A DNA stretch of 64,000 bases from Macrostomum lignano (Eukaryota), in contig NIVC01000031.1 of assembly GCA_002269645.1 (NCBI GenBank), positions 682,001 to 746,000 of the forward strand. Direction: 5' to 3'. The position numbers and the translations under genes are program-made. The notes under the pieces are model-generated. The model saw only the letters and a program-made list of their open reading frames with translations, searched no databases and was not told where the DNA came from. Below are positions 49,637 through 59,299 of the stretch, one piece after another. Each line of letters begins with the position of its first letter. Position 1 is the stretch's first letter.

Positions 49637-52597
49637 CTAGGACTGCGAGTTCAGCCAGTCCATAACGGCTGGCAGGCAGTCTGTCATCCACCTGACATTG
49701 TTCCTCACCGACTCCAACGCGTTGTCGAAGGCGCGGACAGCGCTGGCCAGGCTGTTCGAGTTGGCGGCCAGGAACTCCCGGATCTCGCGAAGTCTCTCTG
49801 GCGAGTTGAAGCCGCCCAAGCTGGAGGCGTACCTGGCCAAGGAGAAGATGCCGACCTGCCGTGCCTGGATGCTTGACCAGCTGCCTCTGAGAAAGTCCCA
49901 CATGATCTGCAAGCCCATGGGGTTCGAGGCCACGCTCGATACGACCAGCGCGGCGTCTTGTCTGCGGATTTTCCCGTCATCGAGCGTGTAGAGCAGGTAG
50001 CGGTTGAGCAGCCAGGGCTCTCTGGTGCAGGCCAGGGCTTTGAGAATGTCGTTCTGAACTCCTGGACTCGTCTCTCTGAGCATAGCGTCGTACAGGTTAT
50101 CCCAAACTTCCGCATCCGACATGGCGACTCCTCTGCACATCACTGTGTAGCGAATGTCGGGCACGATTTTGTCGGTGAAGTTCGAGCTGACGTAGCGCTG
50201 AAACTCGGCCTGCGCGTACTGAGCGCACTGCTTGATGCCGTAGCGACACGCTGCCTTTACAATTTTCTCTCGAGTTATTCTGGTCAAATGAGAGTCGGAA
50301 TCGGCCTGAGCCACTCCAGTGCGGTTGTAGATTGGCAATATAAGCGACTTCATGTAGGCGCTGAACGTCCCGTATTGTGGCGACTGCCTGTGCAGCATCG
50401 AGTAGATGTAGGCCAGACTGCTCAACACTGAATTCCAGGGGGCGTAATGCCGTTCATTTTTCATATATTTTGTCATATTCAAAGGAATTGAGTAGCTGAT
50501 CTGTCCCACCATCGCCAGTGCGAAGCTGTCGTCAATTAATCGGGCTCGGTCTTGCGGCGTGAAGACGGAATGGTTCAGCAGCAGCTGATTGATGAGCGCG
50601 TCCCAGTTGCCCGCATCGTAGTTGACTCGGTAGAATCCGGTAGATCTCAGATTTAGCAGATACCAGCTGGTTGAGTTGATGGAGAATTTCTGCGATTTTT
50701 CACGCATCCAGTGCACCAGATGAGACACCTGAGAGCCGTTCCAGCTGCTGATGTTCTCGCTTGTCGCAGCGGTGATTGGGATAATCCAGGTGTAGTCGAA
50801 TGGACTTGAATAGGTCTTCCCATAAGTAGGAGCATCGCTTGAAGAGATCAGGAAATGCTTTTGAAAGAGCGATAGCTCGTTGCTTTGCCGAGCGCAGCTT
50901 ATCACTGGATAACCCATTTGTTTGATCCACCTGTCCATGAACTCTCCAACGTCGATATTCCGACCGCTAGCCCTGGCTTCGCTGGTTAGGCTCTGGTACA
51001 GCGCCGTGTGAAACGTATTTGAGTAATTGTACTGCTTGAGATACTTGCTCACACCGATTCGGAATATCGAATCCCCCACTGAGTTGTACAGCATCCTCAG
51101 CACCGAGCTGCCCTTGCTGTAGGTGATGGTGTCGAAAATCTCGTTTACCTCATCTGGATGGTTGACCTCGACATAGATCGGGTGGCTGGATTGAACGCCA
51201 TCCGATTGCAGACCTCGTTTCAGATCGTCAACTACAAACTGCGCGTCCACGTCCCAGTCCGGGTGCAGCTGGTCCATGGCGAGAACTTCCACGAACGAGG
51301 CAAAACCCTCGTTAAGCCAGATGTCGTCCCACCAATCAGGCGTGACCAGATTGCCGAACCACATGTGCCCGAGCTCGTGAGAGATGATCGCCACAGTCAG
51401 CTGCAAGTAGGTCGACTTGTCTATCGAAGGATTGCAGACCAGGTAGGCCTCGCGGTACATAATGAGGCCCCAGTTCTCCATGGCTCCAGCGCTGAAGTCC
51501 GGTATGGTTGCCTGGTCGATTTTCGGCAGCGGATATTCAATGTCAAAGTAGCGCTCGTAAAACGCGGTGATGTTTTTAGCAATACTTTTTGCGCACTCAG
51601 TTGACGTGGCCCTGTCAGGTCGAGCCCAGGTGCCGTAAACTCGGTTTTTGGTATCCGTGGTATAGGTGTAGTCAAACTGCGACACAAGGATGGCGAGAAG
51701 ATACGTAGACATTCTAGGCGTGGTTCTGAAGTCCTCCTTAATCATTCTGTCGGAGCCCGAAGCCGAAACAAACCAGTCGCTGGCAAGCACGTGCTTTGAA
51801 GACATTGTGGGCATGTTGCTGGCCGCCTTGAAGTTCTGGTGCCTGACGATGCTCACAGCGAATGTCGCTTTAAATGCCGGCTCGTCAAAGCAGGGAAAAG
51901 TCTTTCTAGCATCGGTGGCCTGCATCTGCGACGCTACAAGATATTTTTCTATTCCCAGTTCCTTGTAGCTGCTCAGATAAATTCCGCTCAAATCTCGCTC
52001 AAGAGGGCCTCGAAATCTGTCGACGATAATTGTGTAGTTGGTACCGGCTTGCAGTGGCTCTGACATGGTGATGCTCTGCCACTGTCTAGCAAAGTCTTCT
52101 TCCACAGAAGCCACAGCGACATTGTTTCCATTGCTATCCACAACACGAGGAGTCTGTATCTGTAGTTTGTGCGAATGCAGCTTGAAGTTAGTGGTGCTGC
52201 TTTGCACCGCGACAGAGATGTTCACACTGCCAGTGAAATAGAACTCGCTAGCGTTGTTGGAGTAAATGAAAGGCGCCAGGATCAAGTTGTAGTGGATCGG
52301 CTTCACTGTCAATGGTAGTCTAACGTCTTTCACTGGTGGCAGCTGGGTGCCCAGGGCTGCTGTGGTGGCTTGATCGACTTGCAGCTGCCTAGCACCAGCA
52401 GTGCATCCGGGCTTGGCGTAGTACACAATAATGGGAATGATTATTACGCACAAAAGTACAACACCTGATATTCCCAGCAACCGTTTCATCGACAGGAACA
52501 CGCCTTTGACGTCGGATTCGTTTCCATCGATGGACATCGTGCCCTGGACTGACTCCGAAGGTCGAGGAGTGTAAGTACACTTCCTATTGAACTTCAT
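49637..52597 (-). CDS. anpep: Aminopeptidase N-like M1 zinc metallopeptidase, type II membrane-anchored, uninterrupted 986-aa ORF
   Basis: N-terminal hydrophobic anchor (LLGISGVVLLCVIIIPIIVYYA), GAMEN motif, HELGH-x18-E (HELGHMWFGNLVTPDWWDDIWLNEG), YSKG Tyr, ERAP1_C-like helical C-terminus. The true start may be the second Met (MSIDG). Confidence 0.96.
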   Translation of the reverse strand: MKFNRKCTYTPRPSESVQGTMSIDGNESDVKGVFLSMKRLLGISGVVLLCVIIIPIIVYYAKPGCTAGARQLQVDQATTAALGTQLPPVKDVRLPLTVKPIHYNLILAPFIYSNNASEFYFTGSVNISVAVQSSTTNFKLHSHKLQIQTPRVVDSNGNNVAVASVEEDFARQWQSITMSEPLQAGTNYTIIVDRFRGPLERDLSGIYLSSYKELGIEKYLVASQMQATDARKTFPCFDEPAFKATFAVSIVRHQNFKAASNMPTMSSKHVLASDWFVSASGSDRMIKEDFRTTPRMSTYLLAILVSQFDYTYTTDTKNRVYGTWARPDRATSTECAKSIAKNITAFYERYFDIEYPLPKIDQATIPDFSAGAMENWGLIMYREAYLVCNPSIDKSTYLQLTVAIISHELGHMWFGNLVTPDWWDDIWLNEGFASFVEVLAMDQLHPDWDVDAQFVVDDLKRGLQSDGVQSSHPIYVEVNHPDEVNEIFDTITYSKGSSVLRMLYNSVGDSIFRIGVSKYLKQYNYSNTFHTALYQSLTSEARASGRNIDVGEFMDRWIKQMGYPVISCARQSNELSLFQKHFLISSSDAPTYGKTYSSPFDYTWIIPITAATSENISSWNGSQVSHLVHWMREKSQKFSINSTSWYLLNLRSTGFYRVNYDAGNWDALINQLLLNHSVFTPQDRARLIDDSFALAMVGQISYSIPLNMTKYMKNERHYAPWNSVLSSLAYIYSMLHRQSPQYGTFSAYMKSLILPIYNRTGVAQADSDSHLTRITREKIVKAACRYGIKQCAQYAQAEFQRYVSSNFTDKIVPDIRYTVMCRGVAMSDAEVWDNLYDAMLRETSPGVQNDILKALACTREPWLLNRYLLYTLDDGKIRRQDAALVVSSVASNPMGLQIMWDFLRGSWSSIQARQVGIFSLARYASSLGGFNSPERLREIREFLAANSNSLASAVRAFDNALESVRNNVRWMTDCLPAVMDWLNSQS

Positions 52598-53314
52598 TCC
52601 CTGTGTTGATTTTCTATGCAGATTTCAACGCCAGTAAGTTGGAGAGCGTCTTGTCAAGGGAGTCAGTCCCACGAGTCAGGCATTTATTTTTTCGCAGGCT
52701 TCTTGCCATGGCCACCCCCCGGGATTCGTATTGGCAGCCAGTCGTGATCGTGACTCGCATTCACGTGACCTCAGCCGAACTGTATATTTTTCAGCTCGAA
52801 TTACGCGGGAGCGGAGCCTAATACATATAAATTTCTTAGCTTGTCAATGGTTTCTATCTAAATAAATAGCTGAAGAAGGTCAAAACAGAAAAGGAATTGA
52901 ATGACATTTAGTTGCTTTGTTTATACTAAACCAACCGGCCTTTTTGCCAGCATGGGAACGAATCTTTGCGAATCTTGGCAAACGTTGCGGTTCAACAAGC
53001 GAAATTGAATGTAAAACAGGGGCCGAATATTCATTATAGTCTGCCTAGGTGGGCCTTTTGATCAAAGCGACAGATAAATGCTAGCTATTGTACTACCTAT
53101 CCAAAACGGTGCATTGCCTTTATAGTAAATTCACTAGGGTTTGGTACACAATGCAACTGTCAAAAAAGACTAATTGATTGCAAATAAAGATATAAGAAAT
53201 CTGTCATTTATCGAAGAGAAGACGGGAGTTCAAACAGGATTTTTTGTTGCGGAGGAGGGAGGCACCACATAGAAGTGACCATACTGGAGCGTCATCCTAC
53301 AGCGCCATCTTAGA

Positions 53315-54225
53315 GGCTTCATCGGCGAGATTTTGGGGGCGACATCATGGAGATTTTGGGGGTAGCATCGGCGATATTTTGGGGTACGCATCGGTGAGAT
53401 TTTGGGGTCGCCATCGGTGAGATTTTGGGGGCGACATCATGGAGATTTTGGGGGTAACATCGGTGAGATTTTATGGGTGTTGTAGAAAATGAACAACTCA
53501 AAGGGCTGTGAATTTAGCTAACAAGAAAAAATCAACAATTATGCGCTCACTGAGAGGCCTGCAATACCTTATAATATATTTAACTCAGTCTCTCGCAACA
53601 ACCACCCCACCATGCGCACAGAGGAGGGGAACGCCAAGCGGACATACAAACCAGAGGGTGCTAGGCAGGCACACAACTAACCCTAACAATGGGCGCCATT
53701 AGTGAGATTTTGATGGCGCCATTGGCGAGATTTTGGGGGCGCCATCGATGAGATTTTGGGGTCGCCATCGGTGAGATTTGGGAGTGACATCGATGAGATT
53801 TTGAAAGTGAAATCGATGAGATTTTGGGGGCGCCATCGATGAGATTTTGGGGGTGACATTGGTGAGATTTTGGGGGTGACACCGATGAGATTTTGGGGGT
53901 GACATTGGTGAGATTTTGGGGGTGACATTGGTGAGATTTTGGGGGTGACATCGATGAGATTTTGGGGGTGAAATCGATGAGATTTTGGGGGCGCCATCGA
54001 TGAGATTTTGGGGTCGCCATCGGTGAGATTTGGGAGTGACATCGATGAGATTTTGGGGGTGAAATCGATGAGATTTTGGGGGCGCCATCGATGAGATTTT
54101 GGGGGTGACATCGATGAGATTTGGGGGTGACATCGATGAGATTTTGGGGGTGATATCGATGAGATTTTGGGGTTGACATGGGGGAGATTTTGAGGGCGCT
54201 ATCGGTGAGATTTTGGGGGCGCCAT
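53315..54225. repeat. Two blocks (53315-53475, 53695-54225) of 23-bp GATGAGATTTTGGGGGTGACATC array
   Basis: Visible tandem units. Confidence 0.9.
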
Positions 54226-54439
54226 CTTGTCATAGTATCGTCGGGACGCACCAGCAGTGGTGGCGCCAAAGTAGCTGTTGAGGAAACTTAGAAACGTAGC
54301 ATGGTCAAAAATTACTTGGTCAACTTGAAGCTGTACTGCACATTCATTTTAGCTCTCGAAGAACAAATTTTAGAAACAACAAGTCAAGCTTCAGAGAGCA
54401 TTCATTCCAACAAAAGTCACATTAACTTTTTTGTTTTAA

Positions 54440-57400
54440 TTAGTTAAACACCGGCTGAAAACAGTAGATGCAGTTCCTCTTGACAACCGGTTCATCGGGA
54501 TGCTGAGCAGCCACGAACAGCACATTGTTGTGTCCGTCCCAGGCCATGGGCCCCGGCTTTACTCTGGTGGCCAATTTCAAATCATTTTTTTCATCTGGCA
54601 GCAGGCTGATGTAGCTGGACCTGCTGCACACGAGGTTGCTGCCGCTAGAATATTTCTGAGTTGACAGCTTGTGAAATCCGATTGTGTAGTTCTCCTGTTG
54701 ATTTATGATCAATAATTGACACCTACTTTTTTAGTAATCGAGAAGAAAGCAAGACAAATGATTTTTAGTCAGGTTAAGCGGTCACTCTGGATTGAGGTGA
54801 GATTTCAGGTGAGATATCAGTTGAGATAGAGGGGTCCGTCAGTCAGGTGAAATCTGGGGTCAATCAAGGTGAGATCTGGGGTCAGTCAGGTGAGAGCTGG
54901 GGTCAGTCAGTCAGGTGCGATCTGGGATCAGTCAGTCAGTCAGGTGAGATCTGGGGTCAGTCAGTCAGTCAGGTGCGATCTGGGATCAGTCAGTCAGTCA
55001 GGTGAGATCTGGGGTCAATCAGTCAGTCAGGTGAGATCTGGGGTCAGTCAGTCAGTCAGATGAGATCTGGGGTCAGTCAGTCAGTCAGGTGAGATCTGGG
55101 GTCAGTCAGTCAGTCAGGTGAGATCTGGGGTCAGTCAGTCAGTCAGGTGAGATCTGGGGTCCGTCAGTCAAGATGAGATCTGGGATCAGTCAGTCAGTCA
55201 GGTGAGATCTGGGGTCAGTCAGTCAGTCAGATGAGATCTGGGGTCAATCAGTCAGTCCGGTGAGATCTGGGGTCAGTCAGTCAGTCAGGTGAGATCTGGG
55301 GTCAGTCAGTCAGTCAGGTGAGATCTGGGGTCCGTCAGTCAAGATGAGATCTGGGATCAGTCAGTCAGTCAGGTGAGATCTGGGGTCAATCAGTCAGTCA
55401 GGTGAGATCTGGGGTCAGTCAGTCAGTCAGGTGAGATCTGGGGTCAGTCAGTCAGTCAGGTGAGATCTGGGGTCCGTCAGTCAAGATGAGATCTGGGATC
55501 AGTCAGTCAGTCAGGTGAGATCTGGGGTCAGTTTGTCAGTCAGGTGAGATCTGGGGTCCGTCAGTCAAGATGAGATCTGGGGTCCGTCAGTCAAGATGAG
55601 ATCTGGGGTCAGTCAGTCAGTCAGGTGAGATCTGGGGTCCGTCAGTCAAGATGAGATCTGGGGTCAATCAAGGTGAGATCTGGGGTCAGTCAAGGTGAGA
55701 TCTGGGGTCAGTCAAGGTGAGATCTGGGGTTAGTCAAGGTGAGATCTGGGGTCAGTCAAGGTGAGATCTAGGGTCAGGTGAGATCTAGGGTCAGGTGAGA
55801 TCTAGGGTCAGTTGAGATCTAGGGTCAGCTGTAAGATCTAGGGTCAGGTGAGATCCAAGGTCAGGTGAGATCCAAGGTCACGTGAGATGTAGGGTCAGGT
55901 GATATGTACGTTCGGGAGAAAAATTTAATCTAACCTGCGAAGACGTGAATATGGTGTGAAGCCGCTCGGCGTAGGTCACGTAGTTAGGTCCGCTGTGAAT
56001 ATCCCTAGTTGGAGCCAGCTGCTTTCCCAGATGCTGAGTTGCTTTCACTGACGGCACAACTCCGAGAGTAAGAAACGGGGTGAGAGTTGACAACTGCAGT
56101 GGCTGTATTGGCAGGTGGTACAGCTGCAGACCCCACGGGGTGCTGTGGTCCGTGTCGTCCTGGATGAAATCACATCAGATCAGATTAGAACTCAGATCTT
56201 ATACCTGACCCATATCCTATATCTGACCCATATCCTATATCTGACCCAGATCCTATACCTGACCCAGATCCTATACCTGACCCAGATCCTATACCTGACC
56301 CAGATCCTATACCTGACCCAGATCCTATACCTGACCCAGATCCTATACCTGACCCAGATCCTATACCTGACCCAGATCCTATACCTGACCCAGATCTTAT
56401 ACCTGACCCAGATCCTATACCTGACCTAGATCCTATACCTGACCCAGATCTTATACCTGACCCAGATCTTATACCTGACCCAGATCTTATACCTGACCCA
56501 GATCCTATACCTGACCCAGATCCTATACCTGACCCAGATCCTATACCTGACCCAGATCCTATACCTGACCCAGATCTTATACCTGACCCAGATGCCTCCT
56601 GACCCAGATACCACCTGACCCAGATACCACCTGACCCAGATACCACCTGACCCAGATACCACCTGACCCAGATACCACCTGACCCAGATACCACCTGACC
56701 CAGATACCACCTGACCCAGATAACTACGTTACTCACGAATCCCAACCCACCTGATGCAGCATGCTCTCGGTGACCATCAGCATCTGGTTGAAGGCGCAGA
56801 CGTCCCAAGGTCGACACATCTGACCAAGCCCGATCTTTAGTTCTCCATCCAAACTCGGATAATTCAACCGTTTAACGCAATCATATTCGCTATTGCAACT
56901 CGTGTAAGTGTGGAACACGTACTCAGTGTACTTAGCCACGTTACCCAAAGCCAGTCGGCCTATGTACATTGGCATGTCACGTGACCTGCCGCCGTAGTGA
57001 TAACTCTCCTCCTCTGTTCTCACGTACTTGTACCTGGAGTGAAATTCCACAGAAAGAGATCATAAGTCACATATTATAAAAACAATAAATGGAAATGAAT
57101 TTTCCTCAAAAGCAATCTGACTGACCCCAGATGTCATCTGACTGACTGACCCCAGATCTCACCTGACTGACTGACCCCAGATCTCACCTGACTGACTCCT
57201 GATTCTACCTGATCTCAGATAGCATGACCTTAAACAACCTCATAAGGTTTTATTCAAAGTCACGTGACTCCGTAAAAGGCCCTATTCAAAGTCACGTGAC
57301 TCCATAAAAGGCCCTATTGAAAGTCACGTGACACCATAAAAGACCCTATTCAAAGTCACGTGACACCATAAAAGACCCTATTCAAAGTCACGTGACTCCA

Positions 57401-58910
57401 TAAAAGACCCTATTCAATGTCACGTGACTCCATAAAAGACCCTATTCAAAGTAACGTGACTCCATAAAAGACCCTATTAAATGTCACGTGACTCCATAAA
57501 AGACCCTATTCAAAGTCACGTGACTCCATAAAAGACCCTATTCAAAGTCACGTGACTCCATAAAAGACCCTATTCAAAGTCACGTGACTCCATAAAATAC
57601 CCTATTCAATGTCACGTGACTCCATAAAAGTCCAACTCACAAGCTCATTCTGGTGCCCCACATAGACAGCAGCAGGCAGTTATCCTATTCAATGTCACGT
57701 GACTCCATAAAAGTCTAACTCACAAGCTCATTCTGGTGCCCCACATAGACAGCAGCAGGCAATTATCCTCAGTGAAAGCAATAAAATCGGTAGGCAAGCT
57801 GATGTAGTGACTGTTGGTGTCATCCAGTAAGCCGCCCTCCAGAATCGGGTAGATGCAGATTCCTTCGCTGTAGTGAGTCACCGCTAGTTCAAGCCGATTC
57901 AAGCTGAAATTTGAAATGTTTTATAAAGGTTTTTGCGCTTATCATATAGCAATTGAAGAATTTAACTACAGACTAACTTGACATTATAAAATCCGAGGTC
58001 AGAATACTTTTTTACGACAATGAGCAAGATGAGAGGAGAAAGACGAGACTAGAAGATTATAGAATTATAGATAAGAGAGAGGAGAGGAAAGGCGAAAGAT
58101 AAGATGAGAAAAGAATGAAGAGAAAAGAAAAAAAGAGAGAAGAGGTGAGAGAAGTGGGAAAAGCGAGGAGAGGAGAGGAGAGAAGAGATAGGCGATGGGA
58201 GAGGGGAGAGAGGCGAGGGGAGAGAGGAGAGGGGAGAGAGGCGAGGGGAGAGAGGCGAGGGGAGAGAGGCGAGGGGAGAGAGGCGAGGGGAGAGAGGAGA
58301 GGGGAGAGAGGAGAGAAGAGATAGGCGATGGGAGAGGGGAGAGAGGCGAGGGGAGAGAGGCGAGGGGAGAGAGGAGAGGGGAGAGAGGCGAGGGGAGAGA
58401 GGCGAGGGGAGAGAGGCGAGGGGAGAGAGGCGAGGGGAGAGAGGCGAGGGGAGAGAGGAGAGAAGAGATAGGCGATGGGAGAGGGGAGAGGAGCCCCTCA
58501 GAGGGCTGGGGAGAGGGGGAGAGAAGAGAGCAGAGGGCAATAGAGGGGAATAGAGTAGAGAGGGAGGAGAGAGGGAGGAGAGAGGAGACACCAACCTTGA
58601 GGGGGGCGCTATTGCTATTGTGAAGTTTCAAAGGGCCCGAGGGCCGGACCTCATGGCCCGCGGGGCCGGAGTGTCCTACCCCTGGGCCCCCTAAATAAGA
58701 ATAGCGAGTAGTATGGAAGGTTGAGATGTTCCTCAAGCAGGTTCCTTTATTACTACTATTCAGTAGGATATCTTCTAAACTTGAATCTTTATCTTTATTG
58801 AAGATAAAATTGATGAAAACCAAGAGACTCTCGTGGCATTGAAAAGCAAATTTGTAAGCAAATTTACTTACGCCACATTCATGTGCACCTTCAGATCGCT
58901 GATGCTGGGC
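54440..58910 (-). CDS. 5'-partial multi-exon gene, probable NHL-like beta-propeller protein
   Basis: Phase-consistent minus-strand exons 58910-58872, 57903-57724, 57033-56751, 56159-55935, 54694-54440 (stop TAA), all GT-AG. Blade-like motifs: RPWDVC, TPWGLQL, GPNYVTY, PGPMAWD..NNVLFVA. Coding status is well supported; the fold is inferred. Confidence 0.65.
54785..55880. repeat. ~29-bp array GGTGAGATCTGGGGTCAGTCAGTCAGTCA
   Basis: Visible tandem units that shorten toward 55880. Confidence 0.95.
56180..56725. repeat. 18-bp (TATACCTGACCCAGATCC) and 16-bp (ACCACCTGACCCAGAT) arrays
   Basis: Visible tandem units. Confidence 0.95.
57255..57720. repeat. 32-bp array with GTCACGTGAC palindrome
   Basis: Visible tandem units. 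Confidence 0.92.
58150..58590. repeat. Purine-rich 14-bp array GAGGGGAGAGAGGC
   Basis: Visible tandem units. Confidence 0.9.
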
Positions 58911-59299
58911 CTATTAGACAAGAAATAATTAAGCTTCAGAGTGGCAAAATTACAATTGGACAATATTCCATCTGACTGATCGGTTATCATGTTGATTAAA
59001 TTGTTTAACACGAATTCAAACTAAATTTGTAGCTTTTTCAATAATTGAGAATTCAAGCTCAATTTGTAAACTAATCAGATTGAGAAAGTGAGAAATACTG
59101 ATCAACAAAGATATTCATGCATTTGTCTATGGTTTTGAAAGCAAATTACTCATTTGTTAACAGTTACAATCTGAATTGAAAAAACCTGGTTAGCTGGTTG
59201 TATTCTGTGGGTTAGCCATTTATGCTTTCTTTTACTTGTATTTTTATTATATATTAAAATTCCAGTGATCTTAACTGTGCTAAGCATCATTCTTCTCTT

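Noticed and set aside
49637-52597. Horizontal transfer as the explanation for the intronless peptidase
   Set aside because: It has an animal-type TM anchor and APN-like architecture, and its codon style is like the neighbouring host exons.
53280-54270. YY1/CTCF-like GCGCCATCTT and CCAGCAG...TGGCGCC motifs flanking the G-rich arrays; single TAACCCTAA telomere-like unit
   Set aside because: Short motifs embedded in GGCGCC-rich repeat edges, with no independent support.
58065-58823. 252-aa minus-strand ORF as an upstream exon of the propeller gene
   Set aside because: Its candidate donor (58595) is phase 0 whereas the next exon needs phase 2, and most of the ORF is low-complexity repeat; the 39-nt exon at 58872-58910 fits instead.
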